Of a stretch of 29,942 bases of DNA, positions 16,957-25,985 are shown one piece after another (position 1 is the stretch's first letter; each line of letters opens with the position of its first letter). The position numbers and the translations under genes are program-made. The stretch comes from a virus. Taxonomy: Duplodnaviria > Caudoviricetes. The DNA lies in the IMG/VR virus record IMGVR_UViG_3300033402_000046, positions 1 through 29,942 of that record. One strand, written 5' to 3'. The notes beneath the pieces were generated by a model. The model worked only from the letters and a program-made list of their open reading frames with translations. It was not told the DNA's origin and ran no database searches.

Positions 16957-17397
16957 ATGTCGACTAATCAGGCTTCAGTGGTTTCGGGGTTGCTGCAGGC
17001 TAATTGGAGTCTTGAAAGTCCCTTGGCAGCTGCTAATATTCTGTGGCCTGTTACGCGTTTGGATGTGATTGGGGTTACTCAGGGGAAAGGGTCCTTGCAG
17101 GTGGCCGTGTATAACGCTAGCCCTAGCAAGCAGGTGGATGCGCTTAGCCGTGAATGTTACCTGGTTACTGAGAAACTTGTCATCGATATAATCGTGGTTA
17201 ACGCGAGCCAGAGCACTGCGGATTTAGCGCTGGCGGAGTCAATGTTAGAGGCTTTGCAGGTTGAGGTTTACCGTATTATTCATTTGCAGGATCCGAATTA
17301 TGTGGTGTCTGGGGAGCCGATTCATAGTAATGCGACTGAAGTGACGCGTGTTATGGTTAACGTCGACGCCGTGTATTTCAATATTTCAAGTTTGTGA
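16957..17397 (+). CDS. Putative tail terminator / neck protein
   Basis: 146 aa alpha/beta protein in the neck region; size and position only. Confidence 0.5.
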   Translation: MSTNQASVVSGLLQANWSLESPLAAANILWPVTRLDVIGVTQGKGSLQVAVYNASPSKQVDALSRECYLVTEKLVIDIIVVNASQSTADLALAESMLEALQVEVYRIIHLQDPNYVVSGEPIHSNATEVTRVMVNVDAVYFNISSL

Positions 17398-17419
17398 GGG
17401 ATTCTGGTCTGTGGTTTAA

Positions 17420-17782
17420 ATGAGTGTTGCGATTTCGATTAACTTGTCGAATTTTGATGTGATAGGTAACTGTCTGAAATGTCTTTGCGAGCAGTATCCG
17501 GAGGCTGTAAGCCAGACTATGATGAGTGTTGCACAAAACATTTTGGCGACTGCGAACACATTGGTTCCGGTGCGGACGGGTTTTTTGAAAAGTACTTTGG
17601 CGCTTGAGCAGCCGAGCAGTTTTCAGATTAATGTTAAAGCTACGGCGCCTTACGCGTATTATGTTGAGTTTGGCACGAGGAAGATGTCGGCGAGGCTTTT
17701 TTTGACGAACTCGGTTAATCAGCATTTGCCTGAGTTTGGACCTGCGATAACCGAGCAGATTCAAGAGATCCTTCAAGGTTAA
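17420..17782 (+). CDS. HK97 gp10-like tail completion protein
   Basis: PVRTGFLKST...APYAYYVEFGTRKMSARLFL signature. Confidence 0.9.
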   Translation: MSVAISINLSNFDVIGNCLKCLCEQYPEAVSQTMMSVAQNILATANTLVPVRTGFLKSTLALEQPSSFQINVKATAPYAYYVEFGTRKMSARLFLTNSVNQHLPEFGPAITEQIQEILQG

Positions 17783-17842
17783 AAGTCCCTTAAAAGTCCC
17801 TTCAGAAGGACTTTAAAGTAACATTGTAATCGAGGTGAGAAA

Positions 17843-18256
17843 ATGTCTACAACTACTCCGATTCTAAGTAGAAATGCAGTTGTCCAGGTGGCGGGAACAG
17901 CTATTGGCTATTTGACGGATTTCACTATGGATGCTAAGGCTGAGCTTATCAAGGAATATGTTTGTCAGTCTGTTGCGACTCCGGCGTTTACGGCTAGTGG
18001 TAACCAGTCTTATACGTTTAAGGCTTCAGCGCTTTATGTTCCTTCGCTTTACGCGGCGCTTCTTAATGATGTGCTTAATGGCACGTTGGTGACGGTTATT
18101 TGGGGTCCGCAGGGTACTTCGTCGGGTTCAGGTACGCCTAAAATCACGTTGAGCAATGTTGTTTTGACGGCTTACAGCGTTAAAAACGGGCAGAAGGGCA
18201 CTATTGCCAACGATATATCTGGTGAAGCGCAGACTGTGGCGGTAAGTACGTTCTAA
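17843..18256 (+). CDS. Tail tube (major tail) protein 1
   Basis: 137-aa beta-rich protein before chaperone and tape measure; GAGGTGA RBS; T-rich tract after the stop. Confidence 0.75.
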   Translation: MSTTTPILSRNAVVQVAGTAIGYLTDFTMDAKAELIKEYVCQSVATPAFTASGNQSYTFKASALYVPSLYAALLNDVLNGTLVTVIWGPQGTSSGSGTPKITLSNVVLTAYSVKNGQKGTIANDISGEAQTVAVSTF

Positions 18257-18306
18257 GAGTTTCTTTGTTTTTATTTTGTTATTAACTTTGTGTGAGGTGA
18301 TTATAC

Positions 18307-18969
18307 ATGGCGACAACGACTCCTATTCTAAGTCGTAATGCGGTTGTTCAGGTGGCAGGGACCGCTATTGGTTTCTTGACAGATTTTACTCTGGATTCTA
18401 AGGCTGAGTTGATTAAGGAGTATGCTAATACGACTGGTGTGACGGCTTTGGCTACGGCGACGTTGACTTCTCAGGCTGTTTCGTCTATTACTGTTTCGCT
18501 TGGGGGTCTTGGTTACACTACGGCTCCCGCGGTTACTATTTCGGGTGGTGGCGGATCTGGTGCTACGGCTACGGCGGTTATAGCCAGCGGCGTAGTGGTT
18601 GCAGTTAACGTTACTGCAGGCGGAAGCGGTTATACGTCTACGCCTTCGGTCAGCATTGCAGCGCCGTCTTCTCCTATAGCGCCGTCAGCTCAGCCAAGCT
18701 TTATTGCCAGCGGCAACCAAAGCATCACATTCAAAGCTTCAGCGCTTTATGTGCCAGCAAACTACGCAGCATTATTAAATGATGTGCTTAACGGTACGCT
18801 TGTCACAATTATTTGGGGTCCGCAGGGTACTACGACAGGGCAGAATTACCCGAAAATAACCTTAAGCAATGTTGTTTTGACTGCGTATAGTGTGAAGAAT
18901 GGTCAGAAGGTCACTATAGCCAACGATATCAGCGGCGAAGCACAGACAATATCAACAGGCACATTCTGA
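18307..18969 (+). CDS. Tail tube protein 2, paralog with about 83-aa Gly-rich insertion
   Basis: Near-identical N- and C-termini to tube 1; insertion with two GG(S/L)GYT..P.V.I repeats. Confidence 0.75.
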   Translation: MATTTPILSRNAVVQVAGTAIGFLTDFTLDSKAELIKEYANTTGVTALATATLTSQAVSSITVSLGGLGYTTAPAVTISGGGGSGATATAVIASGVVVAVNVTAGGSGYTSTPSVSIAAPSSPIAPSAQPSFIASGNQSITFKASALYVPANYAALLNDVLNGTLVTIIWGPQGTTTGQNYPKITLSNVVLTAYSVKNGQKVTIANDISGEAQTISTGTF

Positions 18970-19128
18970 GGCTTTTTCTTTTTTGTTTTCTTTCCAGTTT
19001 TCCTTAGTAATTTAGATATTTAGTAATTTAGGTAAGCCATGCGGTGAAAAATGTATGGTTGAAATAACGTGAGTTAGCGACAGGAAACGTCATCCTGAAC
19101 GTTACCCTAAAAATCATGGTGATCAAAA

Positions 19129-19682
19129 ATGAGTGAAAACCAACAAAGTAAAGAAGAGAAGTTTGATTCAGAAGGTTTTGAAAAGCTTAAAGTTGCTTTC
19201 AATGAATTCGATGCTGAGCAGAAAGAGCGGTTTAAAAACTTTAGCGTGGGCCTGCTGAAGAACAGTAAGGTTCCGCAGGAGGCTAATGTGCCTGGTGCGG
19301 GCTGGGTTAAATTTGTGTTGCTGAGTCATGAGGAGCTCAGTGAGCTTGGCAAGAAATACAAGGATGATCAACGCGAATTCGAGCTGCAGGCTTTGTTTAA
19401 GATGATGCAGCCGTGTTACCCGGAGATGGTTGAGAAGGATCTGCGTGATGCACCTTGGGATCTGGTGCGTGCCCTAGAGAAGGCGTTGTTGAATGAGGGT
19501 TTTTTAACGCGTCAGGTGAGGCGGTCTATGACTGGATTCATTGGAGCGGAGAAGCACAACGCCTCGCCGCCGTAATTAACCTTTACCATTACACTTTAGA
19601 GTACGCGTCGAGTTTAACGAGTTTTCAGCTTGAGTTTTTGATTCAGGCAGCTGTATGGTACCATAAGTTATCGGAGGGATGA
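19129..19682 (+). CDS. Tail assembly chaperone: gpG-like 19129..19575 (148 aa) and -1 frameshifted gpGT-like to 19682 (about 184 aa)
   Basis: Between tube and tape measure; slippery T-TTT-TTA at 19500-19506; -1 frame open to TGA 19680-19682. Confidence 0.85.
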
Positions 19683-19686
19683 GCAA

Positions 19687-20997
19687 GCGAGTGGTGTTCC
19701 TGCAGAGATAGATATTGTTGCGACTGATGATGCTTCAGATGTTTTCCAAGATGTCAGTAGCAACTTTACAGCTATGAGCGATAATGTCAGCGCGGCTTCT
19801 GAGCAGACGTCTACGGCGGTTACTCAATCTACTCAGAGTTTCAGCCAGGGGGCCATGACGATGAATACGATGGCTATGAGCGGTGCCATGTTGTATATGG
19901 CTGTTAATAATGTTGAGAATTCGGAGGTTGCTTTGAGCCGGGCGCATTTGGTTGAGGAGAAGGCTGCGAATAATGTTACCTTGGCTCAGCAGGCGTATAA
20001 TCAAGCTATTGCAGAGTATGGTCCTACCAGTTTGAAGGCGGCGGATGCTTCGAAGGCGCTTAGTCTTGCTGAGCAAACTCAGGTAGTTGATGCGGAACGG
20101 CTGGGTGATGCGCAGCGGAATTATAACAGTACGCTTATTATGTCTTCGCTTATGGTTATTCCCAGTGTTCTCGGTGTTTTAACTTCGTTGAATACTTTGT
20201 ATGAAGCTGGGACGGTGGCTAAAATGGCGGATACGGTTGCGACTGATGCGTGGGCTGCAGGAGAATATATTGCTTATGGGGCTACTCAGGCTGCGACTGG
20301 TGCTATGGGTTTGTTTGATGCGGTTTGTGATGCGAACCCGATTTTGCTTGTTGTTTTGGCTGTTACCGCACTAGCCGCTATTTTCTATGAGGCGTATGAG
20401 CACTGCAAACCTTTCCGCGATGTCATGAATGATTTGGGCCATGTGATCGGCGGAGCGTTGCTTTCTGCGTTTGATGATTTGAAGAGTGCTGGAGACGCTT
20501 TATGGAACGGGTTGAACTGGGCTTATACGAATATTCTTTTGCCGGTTGCTAATTTTTTTAAGGAAATCTTGGTTTCTGACCTTGATGTCGCTTTGATTCC
20601 GATTAAGGCTTTTGAAGTAGCGATAAATGCTGTGGCTAGTGCTGTGAAGCCTCTTAGCAATTTTATTGGTGATTTGGGTTCTGCTTTGAGTCATTTGTGT
20701 TTTGCTCATGCGGCGCCCGCAGCGGAAGAATTCAATAAACAGTTGACGCAGAGTTTGGCGCTTAGTGATGAGTTGGCGCATAAAACCGGCACGCTTGGTT
20801 CTAGCTTGCAGGCTTTAGGCGGAACCGTTAAAGTTGGCAGTGGCGGCGGAACAAGCAATGTGAATATTCAGGCTCCGAACATCACAATTAACGGCGGCAT
20901 CATGGGGTCCGCTAGTCTTAAGCAGACTCGTGATGCGGTCAGCAAGGGTCTCTGTGATGCGTTGTATAAGCATGGGTTGATGAATAAGGTGATTTGA
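19687..20997 (+). CDS. Tape measure protein (start uncertain; first in-frame ATG 19774)
   Basis: Ala-rich helical protein with ANPILLVVLAVTAL motif; upstream in-frame SGVPAEIDIVATDDAS resembles a tape-measure N-terminus. Confidence 0.85.
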   Translation, partial: ASGVPAEIDIVATDDASDVFQDVSSNFTAMSDNVSAASEQTSTAVTQSTQSFSQGAMTMNTMAMSGAMLYMAVNNVENSEVALSRAHLVEEKAANNVTLAQQAYNQAIAEYGPTSLKAADASKALSLAEQTQVVDAERLGDAQRNYNSTLIMSSLMVIPSVLGVLTSLNTLYEAGTVAKMADTVATDAWAAGEYIAYGATQAATGAMGLFDAVCDANPILLVVLAVTALAAIFYEAYEHCKPFRDVMNDLGHVIGGALLSAFDDLKSAGDALWNGLNWAYTNILLPVANFFKEILVSDLDVALIPIKAFEVAINAVASAVKPLSNFIGDLGSALSHLCFAHAAPAAEEFNKQLTQSLALSDELAHKTGTLGSSLQALGGTVKVGSGGGTSNVNIQAPNITINGGIMGSASLKQTRDAVSKGLCDALYKHGLMNKVI

Positions 20998-21392
20998 TGA
21001 GTTGGCAGATTACTTATGGGTCTACGACGGTTACGTTGCCTTTGGCTCCGCAGACTGTGACGGATGAGGCGCCGACTGTTGATGATACGACTATTACGGT
21101 GCCTGAGCAGGAGCCTGTTCTTGTTTCTATTGGCAGTGATATTAGGCAGTTAACGCTTGAGGGTGTTCTTTACGTTTCTGGCCAGAACATGGCTTATTTG
21201 GATACTAATTACGTTACGCCTCTGCTGGGTTTCCGAGGGTTGGTGTGCACGTTATCGACGCCTAGGTCCAGTTTGAATAGTACGTGGAAGCTGGATAAGG
21301 CTACTTTCATTCAGACGAAGGATTACTCTAACAATCCCGTTCTCAAATTTACTCTTGTCTTCAAACATGCAGCAAGTTATGTGGTTTTGTAG
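20994..21392 (+). CDS. Distal tail (Dit-like) protein
   Basis: 132 aa, directly after the tape measure; GSDIRQLTLEGVL. Confidence 0.65.
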   Translation: MMSWQITYGSTTVTLPLAPQTVTDEAPTVDDTTITVPEQEPVLVSIGSDIRQLTLEGVLYVSGQNMAYLDTNYVTPLLGFRGLVCTLSTPRSSLNSTWKLDKATFIQTKDYSNNPVLKFTLVFKHAASYVVL

Positions 21393-21401
21393 GTGCTACT
21401 T

Positions 21402-24341
21402 ATGGTTTTTACTTTTCAATATTATAATGGTTATTCGTGGGTTGATATAGCGAATGCTGTCATAGACCAGATTATTGATGAGTTGAATGGGCAGCTTGAG
21501 CTTGATTTTATTATCCCAAATACGTCGGCGAATATGACTTTTGTGCAGAGTAATCAGCAGGTTCAGTTGTTGTGGGGCAGCAGTTATGGTTCAGGATCTG
21601 TTATTTTTAGCGGTTTGCTGATGGCGTATACCGCGACTTTTACTCAGATAAAATGCACAGTTTATAATGATACTTTTGAGATTATGCAGAAGCGTCAGGT
21701 TACGGGCGCGTTCAATAATGTTGCTGCGTCGACCGTTTTGGCTGCGATCTGTACTGCTTGCGGTATGACTGCAGGTTCTTGTCCGTCAACTGTGGTTAGC
21801 ATACAGTTTAATTCAACTGACTGTTTAACGGCTGCCACTAGCTTGGCGTCTCTTCTGAACGAGAACGTGTATAATTCGGGTTCAACCGTGATTATCGGCC
21901 AGAAAGGCAATCAGACACCGACGTCGATTTATGTGGATTCTCAGAGCAGCGTTAATTTTGACCGTAGTAAAACGGCGATTGCCGGCGTGATTATTCGTGG
22001 TGTCAGTCCTACGGGGCAAACTATTATTGGTACGGCTGGCAGTGTTGGGGCAGGCAATAACACGATTACTTTGACGAATAATGCTGTGACTAGTCAGTCG
22101 TCTTTGAATGCTTTGGCGTCGGCGTATCTGGAGAGTTTGGCGGAGACGAATAGTGGCTGCCCATTGGAGGCTGACATTAACCAGACTGCGGGTTTGAATA
22201 GCGGCGATTTAGTTACGATTTCTAATGGTGCTGAATTGGGTTTGTCTGGGAATTATGCGATTTATCGTATTACGAAAAATTTGACTAAGAGTACTGTGGA
22301 GATTGTGATTCCTGCAGGCGCTTTTCTCGCGTTGATTAATGAGACGTCGTCGATTAACGGTGTCATAGGCAATTTGGCGAGTTCTACTGCTGCGTTGCAG
22401 ACGTTGTCTCCTGGAAGCGATTCGAATGTTCAGCAGGATGCGTATTTGACGTTGACTGATAATCTCGGCGACGTGGCGACGTTGACGTTGGGTTGTCAGG
22501 CTGCGCCATCTTATGTGACGATGAATCCATCTGGGGCTGATCTTGTTTATGTTATTCCTGCGGTGTCGAATCAGGCTGGGTCAGCAGTGACTTTTAAGGA
22601 TCCGTATATGAGTGTGGGTGTTCCTGCATTTGGTTTGGGAACGTATGTTAACCCGTTTTTGTGGGTTGACTCAGTTTTGGTTTTTACGGATGTTTTGCAG
22701 GTTTTGCATGCTTCAGCTATTGCGTTGGATTCGCCGTTGAAGTTTTATTCCGTTGCTGGGAGCGGTGTTAAGTTGTATGATGCAACTAATAGTGCTGGGT
22801 CAAGCGGGCAATTTTTAACGGTGAATGGTTCAGGGTTGCCAGTGTGGACGACATATACACCGGCAGCATGGAACGGCGGCACAGTAACCAATGCAATAAC
22901 AGCACCATCTTATACAGTGTCTGCAGGTAGTTTGACAACTTTGATTAATTTTGGTGTTCAAACGCCCGGTTTGGCTACGCCCATGCATTGGCTGTTGGGT
23001 TCTGTAGCTTATAGTAATGATTGGCAGATGGATTTGGCGTGTATTTATGATTCTAATAATGTTGATCAGTATTTGATTTTTAATGCTCAATTGACTGGTG
23101 GAACGAGGGCGTTGCCTTTGTTTTCTGCGCAAATTGGTGGATTCGCTATCAGGGATTCTATTGTCGGCGCCTTGGGTACGAGGGAGTTGGATATCATTTA
23201 CATACCAGCAATGACTAACGGGGCGGGAACGACGGTTTTCACCTTTGACTATCTTGGCGACTTGACGCTTGCAGGCAACTTAACTGTTAACGGCACGGGA
23301 ACCTCGGAGATTGAAGGCGCCTTAAACGTCATGGGCGCGGTCACTTTTCAGAATACAAGTGCTGAATATCCGTTTTCAGTATACGGGCAAGCATACTTCA
23401 ATGAAACTGTAAATTTCGCAAGCGAAATAACATTTTATCCAGGTAGCGGTGCATACGCATATTTCATTTGGACAGGCCCCTATGTTCTGGCGCTTCTCGC
23501 TAATTCCAACGCCGGCGTTGGCTCTTATCAATGGCCATCGGGCACTGGCCCTACATATTATTGGGGTGTGCTTGATGTCGGCGCTGTTTATCTTAATCAT
23601 TTGAATGAGTTGAATGGTGGGGATGGGATTTTAGTCGGTGGCACCTTATACTCAAACAACACCACAAATAGCAGTATCGGGTACTGCTCGTATTATGGTG
23701 GTGGCGGCGGCGGAAACAGTGGCGGGATCTGCCTTGACGCTTACGGGAACGTTTGTTTCGTTGGCGGCGGTTCAAGTAACACTTGGAATGTGTATACGGC
23801 GGCATCGGGCGGCAAATCTCTTTTTTCCGTTAGTTACAGCGGCGGCATAGTTATGAATCCGACAAGTGGCTTGGTTTGCACAACAAATAATGCTTATTGC
23901 GGGAGTACAAGTGCGCCTTGGGCTGGTGTGGCCGCAAACTACATGTGGATTATGAATATTCAACAGGTTACGTCTGCTCACACATTATGTATTTCGTCTT
24001 CAGGAGAAATTGGGTATCCTTCTTCGTCATCTATAAGGTACAAAGAGAATATTAGAGAGTTAACCGATTGCTCATGGATATATGCTTTGAAGCCAAAAAT
24101 GTTTGATTATAAAATTGGCGACAAATTGAAAGACCAAGTCGGATTAACAGCTGAAGAGGTTGTTAGAGTGAATCCCCAGCTCGTATATTGTAAAAATGGT
24201 CAGCCTGAGTCAGTTTATTATGAAAATTTAACAGTTCCAATGCTTGTGGAGATGAAAAATCAGAAAAAGCGCATAGAGCAGATTGAGCAAGAAATTAATG
24301 TTTTACAGTTGCAATTTAAAGCTTTGAAAGGTGGTGATTAA
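21402..24341 (+). CDS. Baseplate hub fused to tail fibre/spike with C-terminal intramolecular chaperone (Peptidase S74-like)
   Basis: N-terminal hub-like region (IIDELNG...LNSGDLVTI...YRITK); C-terminal SSIRYKENIREL...LKPKMFDY...GLTAEEV...coiled coil. Confidence 0.85.
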   Translation: MVFTFQYYNGYSWVDIANAVIDQIIDELNGQLELDFIIPNTSANMTFVQSNQQVQLLWGSSYGSGSVIFSGLLMAYTATFTQIKCTVYNDTFEIMQKRQVTGAFNNVAASTVLAAICTACGMTAGSCPSTVVSIQFNSTDCLTAATSLASLLNENVYNSGSTVIIGQKGNQTPTSIYVDSQSSVNFDRSKTAIAGVIIRGVSPTGQTIIGTAGSVGAGNNTITLTNNAVTSQSSLNALASAYLESLAETNSGCPLEADINQTAGLNSGDLVTISNGAELGLSGNYAIYRITKNLTKSTVEIVIPAGAFLALINETSSINGVIGNLASSTAALQTLSPGSDSNVQQDAYLTLTDNLGDVATLTLGCQAAPSYVTMNPSGADLVYVIPAVSNQAGSAVTFKDPYMSVGVPAFGLGTYVNPFLWVDSVLVFTDVLQVLHASAIALDSPLKFYSVAGSGVKLYDATNSAGSSGQFLTVNGSGLPVWTTYTPAAWNGGTVTNAITAPSYTVSAGSLTTLINFGVQTPGLATPMHWLLGSVAYSNDWQMDLACIYDSNNVDQYLIFNAQLTGGTRALPLFSAQIGGFAIRDSIVGALGTRELDIIYIPAMTNGAGTTVFTFDYLGDLTLAGNLTVNGTGTSEIEGALNVMGAVTFQNTSAEYPFSVYGQAYFNETVNFASEITFYPGSGAYAYFIWTGPYVLALLANSNAGVGSYQWPSGTGPTYYWGVLDVGAVYLNHLNELNGGDGILVGGTLYSNNTTNSSIGYCSYYGGGGGGNSGGICLDAYGNVCFVGGGSSNTWNVYTAASGGKSLFSVSYSGGIVMNPTSGLVCTTNNAYCGSTSAPWAGVAANYMWIMNIQQVTSAHTLCISSSGEIGYPSSSSIRYKENIRELTDCSWIYALKPKMFDYKIGDKLKDQVGLTAEEVVRVNPQLVYCKNGQPESVYYENLTVPMLVEMKNQKKRIEQIEQEINVLQLQFKALKGGD

Positions 24342-24342
24342 T

Positions 24343-24627
24343 TTGGCTCAAACAACAGCCCCAGTTGTCACAGGCGTTTTGGTTGAAGTTGTAAGCAACG
24401 GTTTCATTATTACGCCGCAACAGCAACAGACAGCACCGTTTACGCGATCTGCACAATCGGTAAAGCAGGTTTATAATGATTTTCCGGACGCAGTCGCCGC
24501 GTTAGCTGCATTGCTCGGCGTTACGTTGCCAGCCGCATCTGTAACAGCGGCGATAACGGCGGCTCAAATAGCACCTGCATCAACGACAGCAACAGCGTCA
24601 ACTCAAGCAGCTCCGCCATCCCCTTAA
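24343..24627 (+). CDS. Hypothetical Ala/Thr-rich protein
   Basis: ORF 24331..24627; GGTGA precedes TTG at 24343. Confidence 0.6.
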   Translation: MAQTTAPVVTGVLVEVVSNGFIITPQQQQTAPFTRSAQSVKQVYNDFPDAVAALAALLGVTLPAASVTAAITAAQIAPASTTATASTQAAPPSP

Positions 24628-24680
24628 GAAATTTTCAAAATTTAAATTAATTAAATTGAGAATGGAGGCGAAACGGTGAA

Positions 24681-25130
24681 ATGAAGTTGAATCCAGCTGA
24701 ACGCATTAACTTGTTGAATGTGATTCCTCGAGAAGGATCCGCTGCGACGCTGAGGATAGTGCGGGATTTGCAGACAGTTCTGGGTCTTAGTGAGGCGGAG
24801 CATAAGGAGTTTATCATTACGATGCCGCTTCCGAATGGTTCAAAATTTGAAACTGTGAATGTTGATAAACTGGGCGTGCTAAAAGATGTGGCTATTGGCG
24901 AGAAAGCTCGTGATATAATTGTTGAGGCTTTGAAGGGTCTTAGCGAGAAAAAACAGTTGCATATCAGCATGCTCGGCTTGTACGAACGGTTTGTAGAGGG
25001 CAAAAAAACAAAGGAAGACCTTGAAGACGAAGTGGCTACTGCCAAAATGAAGAAGGCGAACAAAGATTGTGAACTGCCAAAACTGCAAGGACCTGCAAAA
25101 GAGAAGCCTCGGCAAAAACCAAGCAAATAA
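24681..25130 (+). CDS. Hypothetical protein
   Basis: 149-aa ORF with GGTGA RBS. Confidence 0.7.
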   Translation: MKLNPAERINLLNVIPREGSAATLRIVRDLQTVLGLSEAEHKEFIITMPLPNGSKFETVNVDKLGVLKDVAIGEKARDIIVEALKGLSEKKQLHISMLGLYERFVEGKKTKEDLEDEVATAKMKKANKDCELPKLQGPAKEKPRQKPSK

Positions 25131-25294
25131 GTTCCTTCTTAATGGCGGGCAGGTATGCGATTATGTTGACTTAACTGGTAAATTGTGGCGACGCCGAATA
25201 GTGTCAACTGAAAGCGGATTGTTAGTTTTGCCTATTGCGTTAGCCTTGCTTGCAGGAGCGGGAACATAAACGCGAGTCGTCAAAAGCGCAATTT
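25131..25294 (+). ncRNA. Candidate structured ncRNA with pseudoknot
   Basis: Four nested helices plus loop-to-downstream pairings fill the intergenic gap (see findings). Confidence 0.45.
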
Positions 25295-25325
25295 CTTGGT
25301 AAATGATAGTAAAAGGTGAAAATGT

Positions 25326-25742
25326 TTGGAACAAAAAAATTTGAAGAGGCAACTTGAATCTCTTTGCGTCGGTGACTTGATCTGTGTGGAATGGTGCGAT
25401 GCTAGCGTTGGCAAGAGCCTAGGCAGTGGGGCATCTATTGATGTGCCTGTGAAGAGCTGGGGTGTTTACGTTGGCTTATTCGGCAACAAAACTAAGCATG
25501 TTGTTATTGCGCAGAACAGTTTCCGCTATGCCGACGGTGTCTTTGACTTGGATTATACGGCTATTCCGCTTAGCTGGGCCGTGGACGTGTCAGTGCTGGT
25601 TAGAGAGCACATTCCCAGAGAGGCGGCTGGCAAGCTTGTTAACAGTTTCTTGCTGGGCGGGCACCGTACGCTAAGACGTACACGGACTTTTCAGCGCCGT
25701 ATGTTTCAGCAGAGGTTAAGCGTTGATGGCAGACCTGATTAA
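25326..25742 (+). CDS. Hypothetical protein (SH3/Sm-like beta-barrel pattern)
   Basis: GGTGA RBS with TTG start; GDLICVEWCDAS...SWGVYVG...YTAIPLSWAVDV. Confidence 0.7.
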   Translation: MEQKNLKRQLESLCVGDLICVEWCDASVGKSLGSGASIDVPVKSWGVYVGLFGNKTKHVVIAQNSFRYADGVFDLDYTAIPLSWAVDVSVLVREHIPREAAGKLVNSFLLGGHRTLRRTRTFQRRMFQQRLSVDGRPD

Positions 25743-25968
25743 GCGTGCTTTGAAGCGCAGGCGATTTCAACGTGGGCAGTTCATAGATGAGGAACCTGAT
25801 GAGACGCTTGTGTACGTAGTAAAGTTTGGTATGGGCATGACTGCGTGTCTTTCAGCGCTTGAAATCGCTAACATGGCGTTTTTGCATAGTTGGAATAGCG
25901 AAGTTTTCAGCGCTATTACAGGCTTAACTGGGATAGTTGTTGGTGTTTTTGTTGGGCGCAAAACGTAG
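25726..25968 (+). CDS. Small two-TM membrane protein (holin-like candidate)
   Basis: Basic N-terminus, two hydrophobic helices, ends GRKT. Confidence 0.6.
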   Translation: MADLIKRALKRRRFQRGQFIDEEPDETLVYVVKFGMGMTACLSALEIANMAFLHSWNSEVFSAITGLTGIVVGVFVGRKT

Positions 25969-25985
25969 AGTAACCAGATAATTCG

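Noticed and set aside
17781-17814. AAAAGTCCCTT direct repeat with hairpin before tail tube 1
   Set aside because: Small local duplication or stabilising hairpin; too little evidence for a specific function.
13425-24341. Diversity-generating retroelement targeting the fibre genes
   Set aside because: No reverse transcriptase gene, and I saw no template/variable repeat pair differing at adenines.
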